Source of the DNA: an uncultured bacterium
GTDB lineage: Bacteria > Actinomycetota > Actinomycetes > S36-B12
DNA length: 64,000 nt
Reading direction: 5' to 3'
Assembly: GCA_963793105.1 (NCBI GenBank)
Contig: CAWBZB010000006.1
Location: forward strand, 146,727 to 210,726
Part shown: piece by piece, positions 27,174-37,105 of the stretch
Numbering within the stretch: the stretch's first letter is position 1
How the letters are laid out: every line of letters starts with the position of its first letter
Notes under the pieces: model-generated
Told to the model about the DNA's origin: nothing
The model's input: only the letters and a program-made list of their open reading frames with translations
Databases searched by the model: none
Translations under genes and position numbers: made by a program

Positions 27174-27587
27174 TCAGGTGGACGTGGCCACGGCGGCCCG
27201 ACGACGCAGCACCTTCGCGACGGTCTGCGCCAGCACGATGGCATCGATCGGGTGGGCGGCCACCGCATCGGCGCGCGACCAGGTCGCCAGCCAGGCGTCC
27301 TGCGGCCGTCCGACGATGACGAGGATCGGCGGGCACCGGTAGATCTCGTCCTTCAACTGGCGGCAGATTCCCATTCCACCCGCGGGCGTCGCCTCGCCGT
27401 CCAGGATGAGGAGGTCGAACCTGCCCTTGTCCGCCTGGGAGATGACCGCAGGCTCGGTGGCGCACTCGACGTACTCCAGGGCCGGAAGGTCGGCGGCGGG
27501 GCGGCGGCCCAGGGCCGTCATCACCTGCTGCCGGGTGGTGCGATCGTCGCTGTAGACGAGCACCTTCATGGTCGACTCGGGAGTCAT
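27174..27587 (-). CDS. stand-alone receiver (CheY-like) domain protein, atypical
   Basis: KVLVYSDD...FDLLILDG fit receiver beta1/beta3, but the Thr/Ser and Lys positions appear substituted. The start (ATG 27587 or 27569) is uncertain. Confidence 0.55.
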   Translation of the reverse strand: MTPESTMKVLVYSDDRTTRQQVMTALGRRPAADLPALEYVECATEPAVISQADKGRFDLLILDGEATPAGGMGICRQLKDEIYRCPPILVIVGRPQDAWLATWSRADAVAAHPIDAIVLAQTVAKVLRRRAAVATST

Positions 27588-27733
27588 GTCGGGGGTCTCT
27601 GCGTGCGCCACGCGCCAAACTCTAGCCATCTGGCCCGCCGTACCGGGAACCGCCCGCGCCCATGAGGAGATAAAGAGGCGGGTGTTCGGGGGGTCTCGGT
27701 GAAACCGGCCGCCGGATCTGCCAGACTCCCCCC

Positions 27734-28339
27734 GTGGCGAATGCAACGACGACCCCCCAGGCCTACGCCCACGCGCCGGCGAACCGCCCCAACATGGTGG
27801 CGATCGGCACCATCGTGTGGCTCTCCAGCGAGCTCATGTTCTTCGCGGCCCTGTTCGCGATGTACTTCACGCTCCGCGCCGTCAACCCCGAGTTGTGGGC
27901 GCAGGAGACCGAGCTGCTGAACATCCCCTTCGCGAGCATCAACACCACGGTGCTGGTCCTGTCCAGCGTGACCTGCCAGCTCGGCGTCTTCGCCGCCGAG
28001 CGCGGTGACGTCCGGGGGCTGCGCCGGTGGTTCATCATCACCTTCCTTATGGGCGCGTTCTTCATCGCCGGGCAGGTGACCGAGTACGTCGCGCTCGTCC
28101 ACGAGGGCCTGACGCTGTCGTCGAACGCCTACGGTTCGGCCTTCTACCTCACGACCGGGTTCCACGGCCTGCACGTCACGGGCGGCCTCATCGCCTTCCT
28201 GTTCGTGCTCGCGACCACCTACGTCTCCAAGCGCTTCACCCATGACCAGGCGACCCGAGCCATCGTCACGTCGTACTACTGGCACTTCGTCGACGTGGTG
28301 TGGATCGCCCTGTTCTTCATGATCTACATCCTCAAGTAG
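27734..28339 (+). CDS. ctaE: cytochrome c oxidase (aa3) subunit III
   Basis: Polytopic 201-aa protein. [15 protein letters not shown] and [10 protein letters not shown] are signature CoxIII motifs. Confidence 0.9.
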   Translation: MANATTTPQAYAHAPANRPNMVAIGTIVWLSSELMFFAALFAMYFTLRAVNPELWAQETELLNIPFASINTTVLVLSSVTCQLGVFAAERGDVRGLRRWFIITFLMGAFFIAGQVTEYVALVHEGLTLSSNAYGSAFYLTTGFHGLHVTGGLIAFLFVLATTYVSKRFTHDQATRAIVTSYYWHFVDVVWIALFFMIYILK

Positions 28340-28392
28340 CACCCCGCACGCCCACAGCAGACGGCAACACACGGCAGAGAGGTCCGGCGAGA

Positions 28393-29184
28393 GTGAAGTT
28401 CCTGGCCGCACGTCGGCGAAGCCCCCTCATGGCATCCGCGCTCCTGATCGGAGCCCTGGCCGTCGTAGGAGGCGGCTACGCGGCGGTCGCCGGCGTTCAA
28501 CCGGCCGAGGCCGCCATGTCCGTCGGCACCGAGACCCAGGTCGAGGCCGGGCGCCAGCTCTATCTCGAGGGCTGCTCCTCCTGCCACGGCCTCGAGGCGC
28601 AGGGCACCGCGAACGGACCGACCCTGATCGGGGTGGGTGCGGCGGCAGTGCACTTCCAGGTGGCTACCGGACGCATGCCACTGGCCGCTCCGGGCGCCCA
28701 GGCCCCGGCCAAGGAGAACATCTACTCCGACGAGGACATCGCGGCGATGGCGGCCTACATCGCCAGCCTCGCCCCCGGCCCCGCCATTCCGACCGCCGAG
28801 CAGCTCGACTACGCCGACGCGGACGTGGCATACGGCGGGGAGCTCTTCCGGATCAACTGCTCCCAGTGCCACCAGGCCGCGGGGCAGGGCGGGGCGCTGA
28901 CCAACGGCAAGTACGCGCCGAGCCTCATGGCGGCCACCCCGCAGGAGATCTACGAGGCGATGCTGACCGGCCCCCAGAACATGCCCGTGTTCAGCGACGC
29001 CCAGCTGCCGACCGAGGACAAGCAGGCCATCATCGGCTACGTCCGCGCCCTCCAGGACCTGCCGAACCCCGGTGGCCTGAGCCTGGGCCGCTTCGGGCCC
29101 GTCACCGAGGGAGTCTTCCTCGTCACCGCATTGTTCGCCGCGCTGATCGCCGCGGCCGTCTGGATCGGAATCAAGTCGCGATGA
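28393..29184 (+). CDS. qcrC: cytochrome bc1 complex dihaem cytochrome c subunit
   Basis: Two CxxCH motifs (CSSCH, CSQCH), N-terminal signal/TM and C-terminal TM anchor. GTG 28393 preceded by GAGAGG. Confidence 0.9.
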   Translation: MKFLAARRRSPLMASALLIGALAVVGGGYAAVAGVQPAEAAMSVGTETQVEAGRQLYLEGCSSCHGLEAQGTANGPTLIGVGAAAVHFQVATGRMPLAAPGAQAPAKENIYSDEDIAAMAAYIASLAPGPAIPTAEQLDYADADVAYGGELFRINCSQCHQAAGQGGALTNGKYAPSLMAATPQEIYEAMLTGPQNMPVFSDAQLPTEDKQAIIGYVRALQDLPNPGGLSLGRFGPVTEGVFLVTALFAALIAAAVWIGIKSR

Positions 29185-30252
29185 CCGACATCTCGCCCCG
29201 CGCGGGCCACGACGACAGCGCCAGCTCCCACGAGGTCGAGACGAGGCCGGGGTACCTCCCGGTTGCCGACGTCGCGCACACGCCACGGGCGACCGACACC
29301 GATCCGAAGGCCGCCCGCCGCGCCGAGCGCCAGGTCGCGTCGATGTTCCTGCTGTCGATGCTCTTCGCGGTCGCTGTTCGTGGTCGCCTACATCGGCATC
29401 GACAAGACCACGATCATCTACATCCCCGTGTTCGGGGAGGTGGGGGCCAGCCAGATCGCCCTGGGCCTGACCATGGGGGCGTCGATCCTCCTCATCGGGA
29501 CCGGCGCCATCCAGTGGGCGAAGAAGCTCATGCCCGACGTCGAGGTCGTCGACCAGCGGCACGATCAGGCATCGCCGCAGTCCGACACGGATGAGTCGGT
29601 TGCCAACTACGAGCGGGGCAAGGACGAGTCCGGCTTCGCCCGGTTCGGCATGATCCGCCGCACACTGATCGGCGCGCTGGTGCTGTTCCCGATCCCCCTC
29701 GTCGTGCTGCTGAGGGACCTCTGGGTGCCCACGGCGGCAGAGGAGGGCAAGTCGCCTGCCGACATCCTGTCGACGACGCTCTGGCACGAGAACCTGCGCA
29801 TCGTGTCGGACGGCACCTACGCGCCGGTTCGCCCTGAGGACCTGCCCGTCGGGGGACTCATCTCGGCCGTGCCGGAGGATCTGCTCGAGGTCGAGGAGGA
29901 AGAGGGCAACCTGAACGCCCGCGGCAAGGCCGCCATCATCCTCGTGCGCATGGCGCCCGAGGAGATCCGGTCCCAGCAGGGCGAAGGCTGGGACTACCAG
30001 GGGATCGTGGCGTACTCGAAGATCTGCACCCATGTGGGCTGCCCCATCGCCCTGTACGAGCAGCGCACGCATCACCTCCTGTGCCCGTGCCACCAGTCCA
30101 CCTTCGACCTCGCCGACAGCGGCAACGTCGTGTTCGGCCCCGCCGCCCGTCGCATGCCGCAGCTGCCGATCGGCGTGGACGAGGAGGGCTTCCTCGTGGC
30201 GAGATCCGACTTCGCCGAACCAATCGGACCGAGCTTCTGGGAGCGCGGATGA
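29181..30252 (+). CDS. qcrA: cytochrome bc1 Rieske iron-sulfur subunit; reading frame broken near 29370-29378
   Basis: Rieske motifs CTHVGCP and CPCHQS are in the 29263 frame. The authentic N-terminus (ATG 29181, ATGA-coupled to qcrC: MTDISPRAGHDD...KAARRAERQVASMFLLSMLFAVA) is in the preceding frame, and removing one base joins them. Confidence 0.85.
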
Positions 30253-31994
30253 CCACCACCAGCCCGATCGAGAAGGCCGGCGGCGCCACGGCCACGTATG
30301 TAGACCAGCGCATCGGGAGCAACAAGTTCCTGAAGCGGAACCTCGGCAAGGTCTTCCCTGAGCACTGGTCGTTCATGCTCGGCGAGATCGCCCTGTACAG
30401 CTTCATCGTCGTGCTGCTGACCGGCGTCTTCCTCACGCTGTTCTACAAGCCGTCGATGATCGAGGTGATCTACGACGGCTCGTACGTCCCGCTCAAGGGC
30501 GTCAAGATGTCCGAGGCGTACGCCTCGTCACTCGACATCTCCTTCGACATCCGCGGCGGACTGCTGCTGCGGCAGATGCACCACTGGTCCGCCCTGATCT
30601 TCGTCGCGGCCATGGCCGTGCACATGTTCCGCGTCTTCTTCACCGGGGCCTTCCGCAAGCCACGCGAGTTCAACTGGCTGATCGGCGTCGTCCTCACCAC
30701 GCTGGGGCTGCTGGCGGGCTTCTCCGGCTACTCGCTGCCCGACGACCTGCTCTCGGGAACGGGACTGCAGATCGCCCGCGGCATCATGCAGGCGGTGCCT
30801 GTGGTCGGGACGTGGGCGGCGTTCCTGCTCTTCGGAGGGGAATTCCCGGGAACCGACTTCATCTCCCGGCTCTACGGCGTGCACATCCTGCTGATCCCGG
30901 GCATCATCCTTGCCCTGGTGACGGTCCACCTCATGCTCGTGTGGACGCAGAAGCACACGCAGTTCCCCGGCCCGGGTCGCACGAACGACAACGTCGTGGG
31001 CTACCCGCTGCTGCCGATCTACATGGCCAAGGCGGGCGGCTTCTTCTTCGTGGTCTTCGGCATCATCGCCCTCGTCGGCGGCCTCGTGACCATCAACCCG
31101 ATCTGGATATTCGGTCCCTACACACCAGACCAAGTGACCGCCGGCTCCCAGCCGGACTGGTACATCGGTTTCCTCGACGGCGCTCTGCGGGTGATGCCCA
31201 ACTGGGAGAGCGTGATCTTCGGCTGGACCATCTCGTGGAACATCCTGATACCGGCGATGATCCTGCCCGGGATCATGTTCACCGTCCTGGGCCTCTACCC
31301 CTTCATCGAGAGCTGGGTCACCGGGGACAAGGGCGAGCACAACCTGCTGGAGCGTCCGCGCAACGCCCCCACCCGTACCGCATTCGGCATGATGGCGATC
31401 TCGTTCTACGCACTGCTGTGGGTCGGCGGCGCCAACGACATCATCGCGGTTGCCTTCGACCTGTCCATCAACTCGATCATCTGGTTCCTGCGGGTCACCT
31501 TGTTCGTCGTCCCGCCGATCGTGTTCGTCGTGACCAGGCGCACCTGTCTGGGGCTGCAGCGACGTGACCGCGAGAAACTCCTCCACGGCTACGAGTCCGG
31601 CCGGGTCCTGCGCCTGCCCCACGGCGAGTTCATCGAGGTGCACCAGCCCCTGTCGGAGAAGGATCTGGCCGTCATCACGTCCAAGACCGACCATGTGCCG
31701 CTGCCGGCTCCCGAGAAGACGGACGCCGACGGGGTGCGCAACAAGCACTACCGGTGGCAGGCACTGCGTCACAAGCTCAGCTCGTTCTTCTACGCGGACA
31801 ACATCACCAAGCCGTCCGCTGCCGAGATCGAGGCGGGCCAGGCGCACGTGACCCACGAGGCGCAGCTCGAGGCGCCGCTCCACGACTACGAGGATGCGGA
31901 CCAGATCCGGCCGTTCCACGGTGGTGTCCTGCACCATCCGGGCGAGCCCGAGACCAACGCCGAGCAGGTGGAGCAGCAGCGCTCGCAGCACTGA
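30249..31994 (+). CDS. qcrB: cytochrome bc1 cytochrome b subunit
   Basis: ATGA-coupled to qcrA. FPEHWSFMLGEIALYSF, RQMHHWSA, YGVHILLIP cytochrome b motifs. Confidence 0.9.
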   Translation: MTTTSPIEKAGGATATYVDQRIGSNKFLKRNLGKVFPEHWSFMLGEIALYSFIVVLLTGVFLTLFYKPSMIEVIYDGSYVPLKGVKMSEAYASSLDISFDIRGGLLLRQMHHWSALIFVAAMAVHMFRVFFTGAFRKPREFNWLIGVVLTTLGLLAGFSGYSLPDDLLSGTGLQIARGIMQAVPVVGTWAAFLLFGGEFPGTDFISRLYGVHILLIPGIILALVTVHLMLVWTQKHTQFPGPGRTNDNVVGYPLLPIYMAKAGGFFFVVFGIIALVGGLVTINPIWIFGPYTPDQVTAGSQPDWYIGFLDGALRVMPNWESVIFGWTISWNILIPAMILPGIMFTVLGLYPFIESWVTGDKGEHNLLERPRNAPTRTAFGMMAISFYALLWVGGANDIIAVAFDLSINSIIWFLRVTLFVVPPIVFVVTRRTCLGLQRRDREKLLHGYESGRVLRLPHGEFIEVHQPLSEKDLAVITSKTDHVPLPAPEKTDADGVRNKHYRWQALRHKLSSFFYADNITKPSAAEIEAGQAHVTHEAQLEAPLHDYEDADQIRPFHGGVLHHPGEPETNAEQVEQQRSQH

Positions 31995-32002
31995 CGTCCC
32001 GC

Positions 32003-32039
32003 ACGAAGGCCCGGAACCCAGGTGGTTGCGGGCCTTCGT
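32003..32039. terminator. bidirectional hairpin between convergent qcrB and GNAT genes
   Basis: ACGAAGGCCCG ... CGGGCCTTCGT, a perfect 11-bp stem extended by AACC/GGTT. Confidence 0.6.
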
Positions 32040-32044
32040 CGTTC

Positions 32045-32626
32045 TCAGGCTCGGGCGGGGCGGCGCATCCACCAGGTCCGGGGACCGCCCGGGAGGTGCA
32101 CCTGGGTGGCCTCCGTGAAGCCACGGCGCCCGTAGAAGGCGCGATTCTGCTCAGTCGAGGTCTCCAGGCAGCAGTCGACACCGTCTTCGTCCGCGCGCTC
32201 CAGGCCGGGAGCCAGCACCTGGGTGGCCCCGCCTCTGCCCGCGCTGCCTGGCCGCGAGGCGAGGACGCCCAGGTACCAGAACTCCCTCTCGGGGGCGACC
32301 GCATCGAGGGCCGCGTCATAGGCCGCCAGGCGGGCCTCGACGGCCTCGCCGACGAGCTCGTGCAGCGGCGTCCACGCGGAGGCCCGCACCACGGGATCCG
32401 GTCCCCCGGGTGGGTCCCACATCGCCACCGATGCCGCATCTCCCAGCACCCACACGGTGCCACCGAGGACTCGCTGATCGAACAGGGCCCCGGCGAACAC
32501 CGGCGCCAGTGACGCGTAGTCGGGACCCAGCAGGTACCTCCACGCGGGGTCCCCATCGAAGGCGGCAACCACCGTGCTCAGCACTGCGGGCCGGTCTGCC
32601 GGGACGGCCCGGCGAACCGGGTCCAT
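32045..32626 (-). CDS. GNAT family N-acetyltransferase
   Basis: 193 aa. RPGSAGRGGATQVL (acetyl-CoA loop-like) and NRAFYGRRGF motifs. Confidence 0.75.
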   Translation of the reverse strand: MDPVRRAVPADRPAVLSTVVAAFDGDPAWRYLLGPDYASLAPVFAGALFDQRVLGGTVWVLGDAASVAMWDPPGGPDPVVRASAWTPLHELVGEAVEARLAAYDAALDAVAPEREFWYLGVLASRPGSAGRGGATQVLAPGLERADEDGVDCCLETSTEQNRAFYGRRGFTEATQVHLPGGPRTWWMRRPARA

Positions 32627-32627
32627 G

Positions 32628-33926
32628 TCAGCGACGGAAGGATGCCTGCGAAGCCTGAGTGGCGCCGTCAGCCGGTTCAGCGTCGGCTCCCGGGTCGCCG
32701 GTGACGGTCGTCGCGTCCGTGGGCTCAGGGGGCTCGACAGGGGCCGCCACGGTCATGGCCGGGCCCGTCTTGGATCCTTCGAGCCACGCATCCCAGTCCT
32801 CGTTCCAGACCGTGATGCCGTTGCCGAGGTTCTGCACGGCATCGGTGCCCTTGACGATAACCACGTCGCCGACATTCGTCTGGTCGTAGAGCCACTGGGC
32901 GTTCGACGTGCTCATCCCGACGCAGCCGTGACTCACGTTCGCGGAGCCCTGCGACCCGACCGACCATGGCGCGGCGTGCAGGAACTCGCCGGAGTACGTC
33001 ACGCGCATCGCGTACTCGACCTCGAGGTTGTAGTACTCGGGATCGTCCGGATCCGTGCCGCCCGTGGCGGCGTCCATGACCCGGGTGCGCTCCTTGCTCA
33101 CGATCACCTTGACCCCGGATCGGGTCTCGAAGCCGTCCTTGCCCGATGTGACCGGGAAGGTGGCGATCCGCTCGCCGTCTCGGATCACCTTCGCCTGGAA
33201 CTTCTGCGCGTCGACCTTGGTGATCATCGACGGGCCGATCGAGAAGGTGGCCTCGGTGTTCTTCGCGCCGTAGATCCGCTTGGCCCCCTCGACGCCCTTG
33301 TAGTTCATGGCGACCGTGACGTCGATGTTGCCGGGCCAGTACTCCTTGGGCCGGAACTGCACCTGCGTGGCGCTGTTCCAGTGCCAGGCGCCCTCGAGCG
33401 GCGTGGGCGTATAGACCACCAGGGCCTTCTCGACTGCCTTCTTCTTCGTGATCTCCTGATTGAACGTCAGGGTGATCGGCATCCCGACGCCGACGGTCGC
33501 ATCGGCGCGGGGGGAGATCGTGCTCGAGAAGAAGCCCTTCGGCTCGAGCGTCTCGAAAGCGTCCGTTCGCGTCGTGGGATTGCCGCGCTGGTCGATCGCC
33601 GTGGCCTCCACGGTGTACACGGAGCCGAAGGCGAGCGTGGATCGCTTGGCGGTCCAGGTCGTGCCGTCCTCGGAGATCTCCCCCTTCAGCGGGCCCTTGG
33701 GTCCCATCACCGTCACGTTGGCCAGCTGGCCATCGGTGGCCGTCACGGTGATCCGCTGGCCGGGGTCGATCTTCTTCTCTCCGGACGGCTGGGCGCTGAT
33801 CGTGGCCCGCGACTCATCGTCCGGCACGACGGTCTGGAACTGGACGGTGGCGGCAGGCGAGCAGGCGCTGACGGCCAGGACGACTGCGCCCATGCCAAGG
33901 GCAAGCCTACGGGCCGGCACAACCAC
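32628..33926 (-). CDS. L,D-transpeptidase lipoprotein (Ig-like domains plus YkuD catalytic domain)
   Basis: SHGCVGMS active site. GTG 33926 (SD GGGAGA) gives the signal sequence VVVPARRLALGMGAVVLAVSAC with a lipobox. Confidence 0.85.
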   Translation of the reverse strand: MVVPARRLALGMGAVVLAVSACSPAATVQFQTVVPDDESRATISAQPSGEKKIDPGQRITVTATDGQLANVTVMGPKGPLKGEISEDGTTWTAKRSTLAFGSVYTVEATAIDQRGNPTTRTDAFETLEPKGFFSSTISPRADATVGVGMPITLTFNQEITKKKAVEKALVVYTPTPLEGAWHWNSATQVQFRPKEYWPGNIDVTVAMNYKGVEGAKRIYGAKNTEATFSIGPSMITKVDAQKFQAKVIRDGERIATFPVTSGKDGFETRSGVKVIVSKERTRVMDAATGGTDPDDPEYYNLEVEYAMRVTYSGEFLHAAPWSVGSQGSANVSHGCVGMSTSNAQWLYDQTNVGDVVIVKGTDAVQNLGNGITVWNEDWDAWLEGSKTGPAMTVAAPVEPPEPTDATTVTGDPGADAEPADGATQASQASFRR

Positions 33927-34021
33927 GATCAGTCTCCCTGGCAAGCGATGGACGTCGATCCATCGTAACCGGCGGAGGCGTCCCCGGCGCAATCCGAGCC
34001 GCAGCGGGCGTGGCTGTTCTC

Positions 34022-34417
34022 CTACTGCGCGAAGTCGCCGCGGTAGTACTCGAACATCCACCCGATGATCGCGAGCATGAGCAGCGTCACGCCGAGCACG
34101 GTCATCCACACCGCGAAGATCAGGCCCAGCACGACCACGAAGGTGCTGAAGCCCACGACCAGTGGCCACCAGGAATGCGGGCTGAAGAACCCGTACTCCG
34201 GGTCCGCCTCGTCGATGTCGGCGTCCATGCGGTCCTCGGGCCTCGGGTACACCCGCTTGGCCGTGTAGAGGACGTAGAACGCCACGAGGAAGGCAAGGCC
34301 GCCGCACAGGGCAAGCGCCGTCGTGCCGATCGGATCGCGGGAGAAGTACCAGTAGATGCCGGAGATCAGGATGAAGAAGGCTGCCGCCAGCGAGAAGATC
34401 AGGCCCTCGACCTTCAT
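34022..34417 (-). CDS. ctaF: cytochrome c oxidase subunit IV (actinobacterial CtaF)
   Basis: 131-aa, 4-TM protein, ATGA-coupled to ctaD (stop 34414-34416, start 34415-34417). Confidence 0.8.
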   Translation of the reverse strand: MKVEGLIFSLAAAFFILISGIYWYFSRDPIGTTALALCGGLAFLVAFYVLYTAKRVYPRPEDRMDADIDEADPEYGFFSPHSWWPLVVGFSTFVVVLGLIFAVWMTVLGVTLLMLAIIGWMFEYYRGDFAQ

Positions 34418-36135
34418 GCCTGACCTCCCTCGACCGGAGTCGACGCGGTGGCGGCCACCGGATGGACTCCCGGCGGCGCCAGTTCCGGATGATGAAGGTC
34501 GAACGCCGGACGCTCCGAGCGGATCTTGGGCAGCGACACGAAGTTGTGGCGCGGAGGCGGGCAGGAGGTCGCCCACTCCAGCGATCCTCCCCAGCCCCAG
34601 GGATCGTCGACGCCCACCTGGGGTGCGGTCCGCCACGTCTTCAGCACGTTCCAGATGAAGAAGAGGGTGGAGACGCCCAGCATGGCCGCGCCGACCGTCG
34701 AGATCTGGTTGAACAACTCGAAGTCATCCGCCGGCAGGTAGTCGCCGTAGCGCCGGGGCATGCCCTGGACGCCCAGCCAGTGCTGGATGAGGAAGGTGAC
34801 CTGGAAGCCGATGAACAGCAGCCAGAAGTGGATCTTGCCCAGGCGCTCGTCCAGCATCTTGCCGGTCATCTTCGGCCACCAGAAGTACAGCCCGGCGAAG
34901 AACATGAACACGACGGTGCCGAACACCGTGTAGTGGAAGTGCGCCACGACGAAGTAGCTGTCCGAGACGTGGAAGTCCAGGGGCGGGGCCGACAGGATGA
35001 TGCCGGTCAGTCCGCCGAACAGGAACGTGATCAGGAAGCCCATCGTCCACAGCATCGGGGTGTCGAAGGAGACAGAGCCCTTCCACATGGTCCCGATCCA
35101 GTTGAAGAACTTCACTCCTGTCGGCACGGCGATCAGCATGGTCATGATCGCGAAGTAGGGCAGATAGACCGACCCTGTCACGTACAGGTGGTGCGCCCAC
35201 ACCGCCATCGAGAGGGCACCGATCGCGAGCGTGGCGAAGACCAGGCCCTTGTACCCGAAGATGGGCTTGCGCGAGAACACCGGGATGACCTCGCTGGCGA
35301 TCCCGAAGAACGGGAGCGCGAGGATGTACACCTCGGGATGCCCGAAGAACCAGAACAGGTGCTGCCACAGCATGGGGCCGCCGTTCTCCGGGGAGAACAC
35401 CAGCGCGCCGTAGTTCCGGTCGATGAAGGCCAGGGCCAGGGCGGCTGCGAGCACCGGGAAGCACAGCAGGACGAGGACGCTGGTGACGAAGATGGTCCAC
35501 GTGAAGATCGGCATCCGGAACATGGTCATGCCGGGGGCTCGCATGCAGAAGATCGTGGTGATGAAGTTGACCGCGCCCAGGATCGTGCCGAGGCCGCCCA
35601 TCGCCAGGCCGAGCAGCCACAGGTCGCCGCCCACCTCCGGCGAGTAGACCGCGTTGCTCAGCGGGGCGTAGGCGAACCACCCGAAGGCCGCCGCGCCGCC
35701 GGGGGTGAGGAAGCCCAGTGCCGCGGTGATGCCGCCGAAGAAGAACAGCCAGAAGCCGAGCATGTTGAGCCGCGGGAAGGCCACGTCGGGCGCGCCGATC
35801 TGGAGCGGCATGATCACGTTCCCGAAGCCGACGAACAGCGGGGTCGCGAACAGGAACAGCATGATCGTGCCGTGCATGGTGAACAGCTGGTTGTACTGCT
35901 CCAGGGAGACGAACTGCATGCCCGGGACGGCGAGCTCGGCGCGGATGGCCAGGGCCATCAACCCGGCCACGAAGAACCAGAAGGTCGCAAGGCCGAGGTA
36001 GAGGTACCCGATGAGCTTGTGGTCGGTCGACGTGACCCAGTTGACGATGGCGGAACCGAGGTTGCGCTTCTTCGCTGGGACGGCGGACGCCGGCGTCGGC
36101 TCCGACGGAACGACGCGGTCACTCAGAATCGTCAT
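34414..36135 (-). CDS. ctaD: cytochrome c oxidase subunit I
   Basis: 573 aa. [18 protein letters not shown] and VAHFHY haem/CuB ligand motifs. Confidence 0.95.
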   Translation of the reverse strand: MTILSDRVVPSEPTPASAVPAKKRNLGSAIVNWVTSTDHKLIGYLYLGLATFWFFVAGLMALAIRAELAVPGMQFVSLEQYNQLFTMHGTIMLFLFATPLFVGFGNVIMPLQIGAPDVAFPRLNMLGFWLFFFGGITAALGFLTPGGAAAFGWFAYAPLSNAVYSPEVGGDLWLLGLAMGGLGTILGAVNFITTIFCMRAPGMTMFRMPIFTWTIFVTSVLVLLCFPVLAAALALAFIDRNYGALVFSPENGGPMLWQHLFWFFGHPEVYILALPFFGIASEVIPVFSRKPIFGYKGLVFATLAIGALSMAVWAHHLYVTGSVYLPYFAIMTMLIAVPTGVKFFNWIGTMWKGSVSFDTPMLWTMGFLITFLFGGLTGIILSAPPLDFHVSDSYFVVAHFHYTVFGTVVFMFFAGLYFWWPKMTGKMLDERLGKIHFWLLFIGFQVTFLIQHWLGVQGMPRRYGDYLPADDFELFNQISTVGAAMLGVSTLFFIWNVLKTWRTAPQVGVDDPWGWGGSLEWATSCPPPRHNFVSLPKIRSERPAFDLHHPELAPPGVHPVAATASTPVEGGQA

Positions 36136-36998
36136 GTCGTCCTCTCATCCGGCATCTGGCCGTCATTGTTGCTCATCCCCGTGTCGAGCACGCCGCTCTG
36201 GCCACGGGCCTTGAGGTCCGCGATGTACTGGTCGAACTCCGCTCGTTCGACCACCTTGACGTTGAACAGCATGCGGGCGTGATCGACGCCGCACAGCTCA
36301 GCGCACTTCCCCGCGTAGGTGCCGACCTTGTCCGGGGTCAGTTCGAAGACGTTCGTCTTGCCCGGGATCACGTCCATCTTGAAGAGGAAGGCCGGAACCC
36401 AGAACGAGTGGATCACGTCAGGCGACGTGAGCTCGAACCGGATCTTCTCGTCGACGGGCAGCACGAGGAGGCCCGGCTCGTTCGGGGTGCCGACGGCGTA
36501 GGCGCCCTCGTCGAGGTAGTTGAAGCCCCAGTTCCACCGGAACCCGACCACGTTCACGGTCTGGTCCTGGTCGTTGCTGACCGCGAGGATCTCGCTCTGG
36601 TCCCTCGCGGTGAACCAGAACAGGCCGAGGATCATGATCAGCGGGACGATCGTGTACAGCAGCTCGATGGGGATGTTGTACTTCGTCTGCTCGGGCACGT
36701 CGTCCTTGTGGCGCCGCCGGTAGGCGATCGCCGCCCACAGCATCAGGCCCCACGTGACGATGCCGACCGCCCAGGCTGCGATCCAGGACCCCTGCCAGAG
36801 GTTCTGGATGATCGCGCCCTCCTTCGTGGCGGGATCGGGCAGATCCAGGAAGAACGCCTCGTTGGCGGTGCAGCCGGACGCGGTCAGCACCACGGCCAGG
36901 GCCCCGAGGCCGATGGCGGCGGAGCGCACCCGACGGTGCGCCCTGCCCTGCTGGTTGCGCGGTGCATCCGTGGATCGCACCTGGCTCGACTGCCGCAC
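36132..36998 (-). CDS. ctaC: cytochrome c oxidase subunit II
   Basis: CuA motif HSFWVP...[12 protein letters not shown]. Lipoprotein-like N-terminus (LTASGC). GTG 36998 with AGGAAGG Shine-Dalgarno sequence. Confidence 0.9.
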   Translation of the reverse strand: MRQSSQVRSTDAPRNQQGRAHRRVRSAAIGLGALAVVLTASGCTANEAFFLDLPDPATKEGAIIQNLWQGSWIAAWAVGIVTWGLMLWAAIAYRRRHKDDVPEQTKYNIPIELLYTIVPLIMILGLFWFTARDQSEILAVSNDQDQTVNVVGFRWNWGFNYLDEGAYAVGTPNEPGLLVLPVDEKIRFELTSPDVIHSFWVPAFLFKMDVIPGKTNVFELTPDKVGTYAGKCAELCGVDHARMLFNVKVVERAEFDQYIADLKARGQSGVLDTGMSNNDGQMPDERTT

Positions 36999-37105
36999 GG
37001 ATCGCCTTCCTACGTCGGTGGAATGCTCGGCAGACTAGCGCACCGGACGGGGGGAATGTGGGCGGCCCCACGAGGCGGAATGCACGAGTTCCGGGTCCCG
37101 GTAGC

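Noticed and set aside
36232-36250. LexA-box-like palindrome TCGAAC-N7-GTTCGA.
   Set aside because: The spacing is 7 rather than the 4 nt of the actinobacterial SOS box, and the site lies inside the ctaC coding sequence.
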